The notes below the pieces were generated by a model. The model had not been told where the DNA came from, made no database searches, and saw nothing but the letters and a program-made list of their open reading frames with translations. Both the position numbers and the translations under genes were made by a program. DNA of 60,839 bases, the filler included, from Candidatus Babelota bacterium (GTDB lineage Bacteria > JAGOBX01): the NCBI GenBank assembly GCA_017999075.1. It is 13 parts of 13 records of this genome, joined end to end, with 100 filler letters (N's around TTAATTAATTAA, not from the genome) between each part and the next. Parts side by side here need not be neighbours in the genome. Positions count along the whole stretch, not along the records: positions 9,562 to 14,226 come from JAGOBX010000333.1; positions 14,327 to 18,967 come from JAGOBX010000334.1; 11 more parts are not named here. One strand, given 5' to 3'. Positions 9,562 through 19,067 of the stretch are shown one piece after another. Positions within the stretch are counted from its first letter, which is position 1. Each line of letters starts with the position of its first letter.

Positions 9562-11316
9562 GATAATGTGTATGCTGAAATAAGCGCAGGAAATATAGAA
9601 ATAACAGCCGACGATATGAAAATAATTAATACGATGAAAAAATGGGTAGGAACTAATTTGAATTCAAGCAATGATTCAACCATTGAAAAGCTGAATAGTA
9701 TTTCAAACATTCATCGTTTATATTCTGTTATGAACGATGGTATGAATAAAAAAAATTATGAGAAAGCTATAATAAATTCCGAAGCTTTGATAAAAATGAC
9801 CAAAGAATCTGACTTTGGCGCGGTATATAATATTGCAAGTGAAGTGAATAGGATAGCGCTCGAAAAATTTTCTGAAGAACTTATAAAAAAGGCGAGGAAT
9901 CATTTTAATGCTAAAAATTATAAAGAAGCGTATTCAATTTATATTGATGCGATAAAAAAACATCCTGTATTGATAGGAGATGCAACGATATACTCTGATA
10001 TTTATTCTTGCGCCGACCAAGTGATTGGAAGCGTGTCTGGAATAATGTCTTTTCATTTTTCAATGCGCGAATATGAAAAGAGCTGGGATAAATTTTTTGA
10101 AAAAGGAATTTCTAATGCCGATACTGCAACCGCAATTTATCGATTAAGAGACATATTTGTGGATTCAAATAAAGATATGCAGCAGATATATGTTTATAAG
10201 CTGATTAATACAGCTAATAACGAACTGCTTAACGGTAATGCAAAGTCGAGTTTGACCGCGTGTTCAATGGCAATTTTCTTCTGGCCGCAGCATAATTATT
10301 CAGTTAAATTATTTGAACTGCTTAATAAAGAAAATATTAATATTTCGGTTATAAATACGATATCAGTTAAAAATGCGTTTGACAGTTTTTACGCTGTATT
10401 GACAGGAACTGCTGATGCAGCCGCCTTTAAAACCAATGCGCCTAAATTATTTAATGGCGAAAATAATCTTTATCAGCAGATATTGGCGTTAATGCTTGAA
10501 ACAATCGACAAAACTCCGGAATATTCGGCGATGACAATAGTATCTAACAGAAAATATTATTTTGATAGTCACAAAAGTTTATTGGACTGTTTCGAATTGC
10601 TGAAAACTAAAACGCCTGTAATTCCGATAACTGCTGCCGGGCTTATTACCGGAAAGATAGTAGTATTTGATAACGGCGATACAAAAGCAATGACAGGTAT
10701 GGGCTTTTCAAAAATTTCGCTGGGCGAAGATGGAACCTTATTCGGCGTTACAACAACAGGCAGCGCGATGTATGGCAATATAAAAACCACCGGAATGGCT
10801 ACGCTCGCGCCGATATCGTCAACGATTAAATATTCAAAGATTGTATGCGCTGACAGTATGATTGTCTTTTGCATTGACACGCTCGGCAAACTTTATAAAA
10901 AAGATGCGGCTAATAAATGGACGGTTGTTAATCCCGGAACAACTGTTGGAACATTCCGCGATATTTCAGTGGCAAAAGACGGGACAATCGTAGCAGTTAA
11001 CACGAAAAACGAGATTTATAAATTTGACGGCGGCGTATGGACAAAAATATTTACCGATACTGTTATCAATAAAATTGCTATCTGCGATAAAAATAATATC
11101 TGGCGAGTTAACACAGCATTTCAGATATTTAAATACGACGGTTCTGAGTGGACTGAAATATCAACGTCTTTTAAATGTTTGACAATAACGGTAAATTCTA
11201 AAAATGAAGTTCTGGCTATTGAATCGAGCACATTTGCAATATATTCATATGAAAACGGCGAGTGGAAAAAAAGCGATTTGCCGATTGGTAAACCAATTGA
11301 TATTGATATTAAATAA
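9562..11316 (+). CDS. TPR-like helical protein with C-terminal tectonin-type beta-propeller lectin domain, 5' partial
   Basis: TPR-like KARNHFNAKNYKEAYSIY. Repeated blades FSKISLGEDGTLFGV, FRDISVAKDGTIVAVNTKNEIYKFDGGVWTKI, IAICDKNNIWRVNTAFQIFKYDGSEWTEI. Confidence 0.75.
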   Translation, partial: DNVYAEISAGNIEITADDMKIINTMKKWVGTNLNSSNDSTIEKLNSISNIHRLYSVMNDGMNKKNYEKAIINSEALIKMTKESDFGAVYNIASEVNRIALEKFSEELIKKARNHFNAKNYKEAYSIYIDAIKKHPVLIGDATIYSDIYSCADQVIGSVSGIMSFHFSMREYEKSWDKFFEKGISNADTATAIYRLRDIFVDSNKDMQQIYVYKLINTANNELLNGNAKSSLTACSMAIFFWPQHNYSVKLFELLNKENINISVINTISVKNAFDSFYAVLTGTADAAAFKTNAPKLFNGENNLYQQILALMLETIDKTPEYSAMTIVSNRKYYFDSHKSLLDCFELLKTKTPVIPITAAGLITGKIVVFDNGDTKAMTGMGFSKISLGEDGTLFGVTTTGSAMYGNIKTTGMATLAPISSTIKYSKIVCADSMIVFCIDTLGKLYKKDAANKWTVVNPGTTVGTFRDISVAKDGTIVAVNTKNEIYKFDGGVWTKIFTDTVINKIAICDKNNIWRVNTAFQIFKYDGSEWTEISTSFKCLTITVNSKNEVLAIESSTFAIYSYENGEWKKSDLPIGKPIDIDIK

Positions 11317-11323
11317 TTATATT

Positions 11324-11414
11324 CAATTAACAATTAACAATTGACAATTAGGGAATTGCAGATTGCAAATTACAGATTGCAGATTTAAGATTGAAGATTT
11401 AAGATTGAAGATTG
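11324..11414. repeat. Degenerate 7-nt tandem repeat tract (CAATTAA/CAATTGA, GATTGCA, GATTTAA/GATTGAA)
   Basis: Read directly: caattaa caattaa caattga caatta..gattgca aattaca gattgca gatttaa gattgaa gatttaa gattgaa. Confidence 0.85.
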
Positions 11415-11418
11415 TAGG

Positions 11419-11503
11419 AAAGGCACAAAGGCATAAAGGCACAGAATATAAAGAACAATTTTAATTATAAATTTTAAAACTTAGTGTCTTAGTGTCTTTG
11501 TGA
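11419..11503. repeat. Pair of opposed tripartite motifs (AAAGGCACAAAGGCATAAAGGCACAGA ... CTTAGTGTCTTAGTGTCTTTGTGA)
   Basis: Each arm is three copies of an 8-nt unit. The arms are imperfect reverse complements around an AT-rich spacer. Confidence 0.6.
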
Positions 11504-11520
11504 GAGAAAAGTTAATTACA

Positions 11521-12410
11521 TTTTTCGGTGTAGCTCGGTGTTTTCGGTGGTAGAGATTTTTAACCACTGAGGACACTGAAGGACACCGAATAAGAATTTT
11601 AACTGCGAAATATAAAGAATTAAAAATGATGAAAGGTTTTTAATTTTGGAGAAAACTCTTACAGTTGAAAAAATAACAGCAAAAGGAGCGAAAGACACGA
11701 AAAAAAAATTAATGTCTTGGTGTCTTTGTGATTTAATGACAAAATTAAAAAATGTATTTTTCGGTGCAATTCGGTGTTTTCGGTGGAGGAGAATTTTTAA
11801 CCACTGAGGACACTGAAGGACACCGAAGAAGAATTTTAACTGCGAAATATAAAGAATTAAAAATGATGAAAGGTTTTTAATTTTGGAGAAAACTCTTATA
11901 GTTGAAAAAAATAACAGCAAAAGGAGCGAAAGACACGAAAAAAAAATTAATGTCTTGGTGTCTTTGTGATTTAATGGCAAAATTAAAAAATGTATTTTTC
12001 GGTGCAATTCGATGTTTTCGGTGGAGGAGAATTTTTAACCACTGAGGACACTGAAGGACACCGAATAAGAATTTTAACTGCGAAATATAAAGAATTAAAA
12101 ATGATGAAAGGTTTTTAATTTTGGAGAAAACTCTTACAGTTGAAAAAATAACAGCAANNNNNNNNNNNNNNNNNNNNNNNNNNNNNNNNNNNNNNNNNNN
12201 NNNNNNNNNNNNNNNNNNNNNNNNNNNNNNNNNNNNNNNNNNNNNNNNNNNNNNNNNAAGGAGCGAAAGACACGAAAAAAAAATTAATGTCTTGGTGTCT
12301 TTGTGATTTAATGACAAAATTAAAAAATGTGTTTTTCGGTGCAATTCGGTGTTTTCGGTGGAGGAGAATTTTTAACCACCGAGGACACTGAAGGACACCG
12401 AATAAGAATT
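11521..12410. repeat. Tandem array of ~237-238-bp near-identical non-coding units (about 4 copies, interrupted by a scaffold gap)
   Basis: AACCAC(T/C)GAGGACACTGAAGGACACCGAA recurs at 11562, 11799, 12037 and 12374. The intervening sequence is also repeated, so there are no unique spacers. Confidence 0.92.
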
Positions 12411-12444
12411 TAATCACGAATAAGCCGAATTAAACGAATGAAAA

Positions 12445-12907
12445 ATGTCGAGTGGTTTTAATGATTATTATAAGAAAAAAGCCGCAGAAACTGATAAATT
12501 ACTGACAGATTACCTTGCATATTTTTCAAAAAATGATTTTGGTCAGGCGTTTAACAAGTATAATCAGTTAACCGCTTATTACGGTTTTCCAAAAGATAAC
12601 GAGTATAATATTGCTAAGGCATTATCTGATGCAAACGCATATTTTGCAATCTCCAGTAAATTTGACGAATCTAAAATCAGCCAGGAATATTTTTTCAATG
12701 GCAAAATAGAAATTGTTTCTTCGGACGGCTCAAACATCTGGGCTTCGCAGATGCTTGAAGAAAATAAGGCGTATTGAATACTTTCAAAATCAAGCGGCAA
12801 ATATCTTGATATTTCAGAGGAATTCAACAGATAACGGCGGAAATATCCATCAGTGGTCGAATAACAATGCGGATAATCAGTTATGGGAACTGGAAGATGT
12901 GAAATAG
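12445..12907 (+). pseudogene. Degraded gene fragment ending in a ricin-B (QxW) lectin repeat
   Basis: ENKAY-TGA-ILSKSSGKYLDIS, then a 1-nt frameshift near 12820 into NSTDNGGNIHQWSNNNADNQLWELEDVK*, a ricin-type beta-trefoil subdomain. Confidence 0.72.
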
Positions 12908-12947
12908 TAAAGTAAGATTTTTTTCCGGATAGCAGGAATTTTTCCAA

Positions 12948-12997
12948 ATGGCAGTTCTGCCATTCTGGCAGTTCTGCCATTCTGGCAGTTCTGCCAT
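12948..12997. repeat. Three tandem copies of a 17-bp palindromic unit TGGCAG-TT-CTGCCA-TTC
   Basis: atggcagttctgccattc tggcagttctgccattc tggcagttctgccat. Confidence 0.85.
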
Positions 12998-13139
12998 TTT
13001 TTACAAAATTTACAGAAACAATTTGTTAAAATATTTATACAATTTTAATGAATTCACGCTAATATTTTAATTGACAAATGGCAAAAATTATGCAAAATTA
13101 ACTTTAAAAATTATTTTAACATAATAGAAGAGCTTTAAC

Positions 13140-13847
13140 ATGATTGACTTGAATGGAAAATACGCGCTCGTAACAGGCGGCGGACGCGGAATAGGAAAAA
13201 GCATAGCAATAGAACTTGCAAAAAATAATGCGTCTGTATGTATTACCGGCAGAAATGCAGAAACATTAAAAGCTGCTGAAAATGAATTAAAACAATACTC
13301 TAAAAATTCATTTTCTATGGTTTGTGATGTCAGGTCTGTGGAACAGCAGATGTCAGTTTTCGAAAAAATAAAAAAATGTTACGGCAGACTGGATATATGC
13401 ATTCCAAATGCTGGTGAAGCTACGCTTGCGAGTGCAACTGAAACTTCACTGGAAAATTGGAAGCGGGATATTGATACAAATTTAACAGGACTTTTCATAA
13501 CATCAACCGAAGCATTGAAAATGATGAAAGAACAAAAAAACGGCAATATTATTGGAATAGTATCAAAGGCAGGAACTTCTGCATTTTTATTGCGCGCCGC
13601 ATATTGCGCATCAAAATGGGGAGCACGAGGTTTTCTTAAATGTCTGGCAATAGAGGCTAAAAATTATAATGTGAAAGTAACTTCGCTTTGTCCTGCTTCC
13701 GTTGCAACTGATTTTCAAAAAAATAATCCTGCTGGAATGGACTGGATGATGAGTGCGCAAGAAGTTGCAGCAGCTGTAATTTATATATTGAATCTTGAAG
13801 ATAATGCTTATATTGATGAATTGGTATTGTCAACATGGATGAAATAA
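13140..13847 (+). CDS. Short-chain dehydrogenase/reductase (SDR)
   Basis: TGGGRGIG cofactor motif, PNAG, catalytic YCASK. Confidence 0.93.
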   Translation: MIDLNGKYALVTGGGRGIGKSIAIELAKNNASVCITGRNAETLKAAENELKQYSKNSFSMVCDVRSVEQQMSVFEKIKKCYGRLDICIPNAGEATLASATETSLENWKRDIDTNLTGLFITSTEALKMMKEQKNGNIIGIVSKAGTSAFLLRAAYCASKWGARGFLKCLAIEAKNYNVKVTSLCPASVATDFQKNNPAGMDWMMSAQEVAAAVIYILNLEDNAYIDELVLSTWMK

Positions 13848-14226
13848 ATGAAGAAAAAATTTAATATTTCACTAATATTATTCTCGTTTATATTATTATT
13901 TTCTTCGTGTTCAAACAATGACAACAAGCATTCGGGAGATTCTTTGGTTTATGATAATTTTAGAGGTGATTTGTCTTCTATTGTTAATATTGTTCAATAT
14001 AATTCATTATTAAAATGCATAAATCAATTGGATTTAAAAAAATACAATGAAAAAAAAATTTTTCATATAGTTACATCTCCTAATGAATATGTAGAAAATA
14101 AAGTGAATACAATTTTAAATCAAAAATATATAGAAAATAATATCAAAATTTATAATAATTCAGATAAAGATGGAATAACAGATAAAATAGATACTAATAT
14201 ATTAACAACAAAAGATAAATTTGATT
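13848..14226 (+). CDS. Putative lipoprotein, 3' partial
   Basis: MKKK, hydrophobic stretch, then lipobox FSSC; truncated by the linker. Confidence 0.6.
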
Positions 14227-14326
14227 NNNNNNNNNNNNNNNNNNNNNNNNNNNNNNNNNNNNNNNNNNNNTTAATTAATTAANNNNNNNNNNNNNNNNNN
14301 NNNNNNNNNNNNNNNNNNNNNNNNNN

Positions 14327-15776
14327 AATAACAATTATTTAATTTTTCATCAATAAATATTTTTTTAAAGTTTTCTGTTTTAACCTTATAATCATTCAAT
14401 TTTATTATCAAACTTTTTCTATCCGCAGATATTGTTCCTCTTAATTCATCTTTTCTGCTTACGCATAAAAACAATTTATATTCAGATGTTCCGGTTCGAA
14501 CGCATATCAAATTATTAAATCTGTTTGTATCGCTTGATTTGCTTATTCCTATTTTATTTATAAATTTTGATTCCAATAATATCTTACTTTTGTTTAATAT
14601 TTCATTTTCAATCAAATATTGAATTCCATCAACATCTATATTAATATTCGATTTATATTCTGTTATTGAGTTTTTATTGTTATCAAAAAATTTAAATACC
14701 GGATTTAAACAATAATTATTTTTGTCAATGCTTGTAAATCCAAACGATATTATAGACGCATCTCCTGATGTCACTGTTATTTTCTTTGAACCTGACAAAA
14801 TCAAATTCTGCTTTGTATTTTCATAAACAGCTTCAATTTTATAATTACCCGCACGAATCATTCTTATTTTATCCGCAACATAAGACTTGTCTTGATATTC
14901 TGTCTTATATGCTATCGCAGGATTTTTTATATCACTCAAACTGAATTTCATAATTCCGCTGTTAATATTAATGATATTACCAAAATTGTCTGTAATGTTA
15001 ATTTCAAAATTTAAAATTCCATCTGCTTTCACCGCAGTTTCCGAACTGATTTCCAATTTCACAGGTTTATCAGGAATAACATCTACAGTTACAGAATCAT
15101 ATAATATCCCTTGCTTGTCTGCTATTTCAATATCACATTCGCCAGCATAATTTACTTTTAATGTTAATAAAATACCCGAAGATTCATTCCTTACCTTTAA
15201 TATATCTGCATCTATGGATTCCTGCATCCCTTTTAATTTTGCAGTTAATGTATAATCTTCTGCAACTGTTTTTACAAATTTTTTATGGGATTCAATCTTA
15301 TTTCCAAACTTATCAAAAGCAGATATCCTTATATCAAATTTTTCTCCAGCTTTAATTAAACCCTGATTAATTCTGTTTATTTTATATGTAATTTCAGATG
15401 ATGGAAAATATGTTACAGTATTACTTCTTGTTATAAATCCTGTTTCTCTGTCAATTACAATAAATTGAACATCTCCTGCCCCTTTATATTCCATATTTAG
15501 TTCAATTATTCCTTTTTTGAAATCTGATTTTGAAACTTCATTAATATTGAGCTTAGAATTATCTCCAGTTGTCTTTATTAACAATTTACCGTTTAAATTT
15601 ATTTCCGCGTTCTCGTCCGAAACTAAAGTTCCGGTATTGTCTACAATAAAAATTTGCAGCTTTACAGGTTTACCGGCTTCCGCCGACTTATCGCAAACTG
15701 CTTTCAATTCATATCCGGATAAACCGGAATTAAAAATCACCAACAAAATAAACAATAATATTTCAAAATATTTCAT
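14327..15776 (-). CDS. Secreted Ig-like repeat protein downstream of the pil genes, 3' partial
   Basis: Signal peptide; repeated D.FGN Ig/invasin-type motifs (AFDKFGNKI, ITDNFGNII). Confidence 0.65.
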
Positions 15777-15795
15777 TCTTTATTTTATACGATAT

Positions 15796-16527
15796 TTATT
15801 CTTCATCCTCGTCTTCTTCAGATTCTTCAGGTTCTTCCTTCTTAACTGCAGGTACAGACGCTGTTGCCGGTTTAACAGTTGACTTATTAACTTTTAATGG
15901 ATCAACATAATCATTACGTTTCCATCTCGATAAAAATTCTTCTGATTCAAATGTTATTGTAGTTTCTTTAAATCCCGGTTGAGATAATATAACTCTATCT
16001 TTATATATTTTTTTTATTATTATATTGGTTCCTATAAGTTTTCTGCCTTCCTTCCCATAATATGACATACCTCCAGGCCCTTCAATAAATACTGCTCCTA
16101 CAGTCTGGTTGTCTCCTGTTATCAATCCTTTTGCAGTATATCCTTCAAGAAAAGGCATTTCTCCTATAGGCTGAGCTATCATCCCTCCTTCCTCAATTTC
16201 ATCAATAACAGCAAGCGAAGAAGCATTCGGATCAGGAGCTTTCAGTTCAGGATTAACAAAAATATTATTTGTATAAATAACCTGATATTCTAAAGGTATT
16301 TCTTTCATATTTTCAATATCAAACGGTTCTATTTCAGGTATTTCTTTTTTTTCAAAAGGTTTAGGCGGCGGCAGTCTGTTCAATTTTTCAAAATTTTCAG
16401 TATTAGTATACGAGTTATATACTGCATAAACAAAATACATATCCAAAAAAATTAACGCAGTAATTACAAAAATCAAAACATTAATTTTACTGTTTATTTT
16501 TGTCCATAATTGTTTTAAATCTTTCAT
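15796..16527 (-). CDS. PilP/GspC-like type IV pilus or T2SS accessory protein
   Basis: N-terminal TM; C-terminal beta domain KGLITG..AVFIE..IIIKKIYKDRVIL; lies directly after pilO. Confidence 0.55.
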   Translation of the reverse strand: MKDLKQLWTKINSKINVLIFVITALIFLDMYFVYAVYNSYTNTENFEKLNRLPPPKPFEKKEIPEIEPFDIENMKEIPLEYQVIYTNNIFVNPELKAPDPNASSLAVIDEIEEGGMIAQPIGEMPFLEGYTAKGLITGDNQTVGAVFIEGPGGMSYYGKEGRKLIGTNIIIKKIYKDRVILSQPGFKETTITFESEEFLSRWKRNDYVDPLKVNKSTVKPATASVPAVKKEEPEESEEDEDEE

Positions 16528-16552
16528 GTTTTCCCGATATATAAATTATGAT

Positions 16553-17125
16553 TTAAATTTTAAAAGCATCTGCTCTAAACATAAAAAAAGACACGGTTAA
16601 TTGCACATTAAACAATTCTTTTTTATCGTCAAAAGGAGTAAAATTAAATTGTTTAACATCAAGTATATTCTCATATCTATCAAATGCATACAGCAATTTA
16701 ACCAATGTTTCTAATTTTATAGGTTTTGATAATGCTAACGACATTGGAACTTCTTTATATAACCCTCCTTCATATTCCATTGGCGCAGCAAATGTCAAAG
16801 AACCAAATGATATTCCCAATTTATTTCCAAGCATTTCCATTTTAGTAAGCAATTCAAGAGTCTTTTTATTGTTTGGTTCTTCTTCAGGAAAAAAACGTTT
16901 TAACTGTTGAAGTTCATTGTCCAGAACACTTATTTCATATCTCATTTTATTCAGCAATTTGTTCTGTTCAGTAGCTTCGTTAATTTGTTTTCTTTTTTCT
17001 TCAATATCAAGATTTATTTTGTTATATTTAGGAATCCAATCTGTAAAAGCAAGATATAATATTGCAATTACAACTACAGCTCCCAAACCTATTAACGTTT
17101 TTTTATCTTTTTCCTTTAATTCCAT
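16553..17125 (-). CDS. pilO: Type IV pilus assembly protein PilO
   Basis: N-terminal TM, coiled coil, LKRFFPEE, YKEVPMSL, ferredoxin-like C-terminus; follows pilMN. Confidence 0.78.
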   Translation of the reverse strand: MELKEKDKKTLIGLGAVVVIAILYLAFTDWIPKYNKINLDIEEKRKQINEATEQNKLLNKMRYEISVLDNELQQLKRFFPEEEPNNKKTLELLTKMEMLGNKLGISFGSLTFAAPMEYEGGLYKEVPMSLALSKPIKLETLVKLLYAFDRYENILDVKQFNFTPFDDKKELFNVQLTVSFFMFRADAFKI

Positions 17126-17182
17126 AAAACTTTTACCTTACCTTTTCAAAATTACTAAGAATTTATTACTAAGGTTATTTTA

Positions 17183-18967
17183 TTATTCTTCTTCTTCATT
17201 TCCAGCATCTTCATTTTGTGTACCCGAAGCAGCTTCAGTTTTTTCATTCTGTTCTTTTTTTACTTCAGGTTTAGCTTTATCTTGACCGGGCTGCTGTTCT
17301 CCTTCTTTATTTTCACCTGCTTTTTCTTCAGGTTTAACTTCTTCAGCAGGAATACTATGCTTAATATCAGCAGCTATAGTAAATCTATAATATTTTTTTT
17401 CATTTAATATTACTTCCTGTTGTGTTGGAGGTTCTTTTGCCGGAACAAAATGTTTAGTTTCTCCCAATCTCATAGTGAAGTTCTTTATTGTATCATATGT
17501 TTTAGCTATGCCTGTTATTGTAATCTTATCTTTTCCTGAAATACCGATTGATTCAATCCAGATATTGGAAGGTTTCAATCCGTCTCCGAATTTATCTGTC
17601 AATAAACCAAATAACTCACTTAAAACATTCAACCATTTAGCCTTATCATTTTGAATAGTTTCAATAATTGTTTTAACTTTTTCAAAACCTTCTTTTTTAG
17701 CTTTAACTGTATTGACTTCCGTTAATATCGGTTCATATTTATTTTTGTATTCATTTTCAAGATAAGTGAATTCATTGCTTTTTCTAACATATTCTAAATA
17801 TCCGTATAACCCTGCTTCTATTAAAGCTATTATTAAGAAAACAGAAAGAATAATTATATTTTTTTTCTGTTTTACTTTTCTGCGGCGTAATGTTATATCG
17901 TCAGGTATTAAATTTATATTTATAGGAAAAACATTATAAATATTTCTTAATCCAAGTCCTAATGCTACGCTGTATTCATGGGATTTTTCGGTTAATCCCT
18001 GAGCTTCAAATCCTTCTATCGGATTGAATATTTCTATAGGAAGTTCAAGTCTTTTACTAAGATATATGTCAAGCCCATTTAGTTTTGCCGAACCACCTGT
18101 CAAAATTATTTTTGAAATCTGCCCGCCGTTTAATTGAGTTTTAAAATAATCAAACGATCTCCTCAATTCTATAACAAGCCTGTCAAGTAAAGGTCTGACA
18201 CAATTAAAAAGTTCTTTTTTATCTATAGAATTTACATCTATTCCAGAATCTTCTATTACGCTTGCATCTCCAGCCGCAGCTGCGCCCAATGATTGAGGAG
18301 GGGGTGTTCCAGGCGGTTTGGGAATAAATTTTAATTTATTTTCGTCCTGTTCTCCGCCTTCACCAAATCCCATTAATTTTTTTGCTGAACCAGCCGGTTT
18401 TAACAATGAAGGTTTTGCCAATGGTTTTACTTCAGGTTTTTCAAGCATTCCTTTTAATAATTTGGGACCTTTATTTTCCTTGTTTTCTGTTTCTCCATCT
18501 GCATTTTCTGAAATTTTATCTATATGCGGCGGTTTAGGCATACCTATGCCTGCAGGCGGTTTCGGTAATCCTGCGCCTAATCCGGGTTTTGGTAATTCCG
18601 CTGATTCTGGTTTTGAAACTTCTTTGATTCCAGGAGCAGAAACTTCTGCAGCAGGAACCACAGGTTTCGGAATTCCCAATCCTGCCGGCGGTTTAGGCAT
18701 ACCTATACCTGCAGGAGGTTTCGGTAATCCTGCGCCTAATCCGGGTTTTGGTAATTCCGCTGATTCTGGTTTTGAAACTTCTTTTGTTTCAGGAGCAGAA
18801 ACTTCTGCAGCAGGAACTACAGGTTTCGGAATTCCCAATCCTGCCGGCGGTTTAGGCATACCTATACCTGCAGGAGGTTTCGGTAATCCTGCACCTAATC
18901 CGGGTTTTGGTAATTCCGCTGCTTCTGGTTTTGAAATTTCTTTTGTTTCAGGAGCAGAAACTTCTGC
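17183..18967 (-). CDS. pilM: Fused PilM (actin-like, C-terminal part) and PilN, with a Pro-rich tandem-repeat insertion, 5' partial
   Basis: PilM motifs ELRRSFDYF, IILTGGSAKLNGL and YSVALGLGLR run in frame into the PilN hallmark ININLIP, then TM, coiled coil and IWIESI..ITITGIA. Confidence 0.85.
   Translation of the reverse strand, partial: AEVSAPETKEISKPEAAELPKPGLGAGLPKPPAGIGMPKPPAGLGIPKPVVPAAEVSAPETKEVSKPESAELPKPGLGAGLPKPPAGIGMPKPPAGLGIPKPVVPAAEVSAPGIKEVSKPESAELPKPGLGAGLPKPPAGIGMPKPPHIDKISENADGETENKENKGPKLLKGMLEKPEVKPLAKPSLLKPAGSAKKLMGFGEGGEQDENKLKFIPKPPGTPPPQSLGAAAAGDASVIEDSGIDVNSIDKKELFNCVRPLLDRLVIELRRSFDYFKTQLNGGQISKIILTGGSAKLNGLDIYLSKRLELPIEIFNPIEGFEAQGLTEKSHEYSVALGLGLRNIYNVFPININLIPDDITLRRRKVKQKKNIIILSVFLIIALIEAGLYGYLEYVRKSNEFTYLENEYKNKYEPILTEVNTVKAKKEGFEKVKTIIETIQNDKAKWLNVLSELFGLLTDKFGDGLKPSNIWIESIGISGKDKITITGIAKTYDTIKNFTMRLGETKHFVPAKEPPTQQEVILNEKKYYRFTIAADIKHSIPAEEVKPEEKAGENKEGEQQPGQDKAKPEVKKEQNEKTEAASGTQNEDAGNEEEE
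18528..18967 (-). repeat. 159-bp (53-aa) coding tandem repeat, ~3 copies, truncated by the contig end
   Basis: AACTTCTGC recurs at 18641, 18800 and 18959. Unit: AEVSAPETKEVSKPESAELPKPGLGAGLPKPPAGIGMPKPPAGLGIPKPVVPA. Confidence 0.92.
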
Positions 18968-19067
18968 NNNNNNNNNNNNNNNNNNNNNNNNNNNNNNNNN
19001 NNNNNNNNNNNTTAATTAATTAANNNNNNNNNNNNNNNNNNNNNNNNNNNNNNNNNNNNNNNNNNNN

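Noticed and set aside
11521-12410. CRISPR array
   Set aside because: The entire ~237-bp unit repeats, there are no unique spacers, and no cas genes are present.
11516-12417. Minus-strand ORFs of 100-163 aa over the tandem array
   Set aside because: They are translations of the DNA repeat, shift frame between units and show no protein-like features.
12775-12777. TGA readthrough (genetic code 4/25 or selenocysteine)
   Set aside because: A frameshift follows within 45 nt, and TGA ends intact genes elsewhere (folK, def, ABC ATPase); simple decay explains it.
18318-19019. 233-aa Gly/Pro-rich plus-strand ORF
   Set aside because: Antisense of the PilM Pro-rich repeat.
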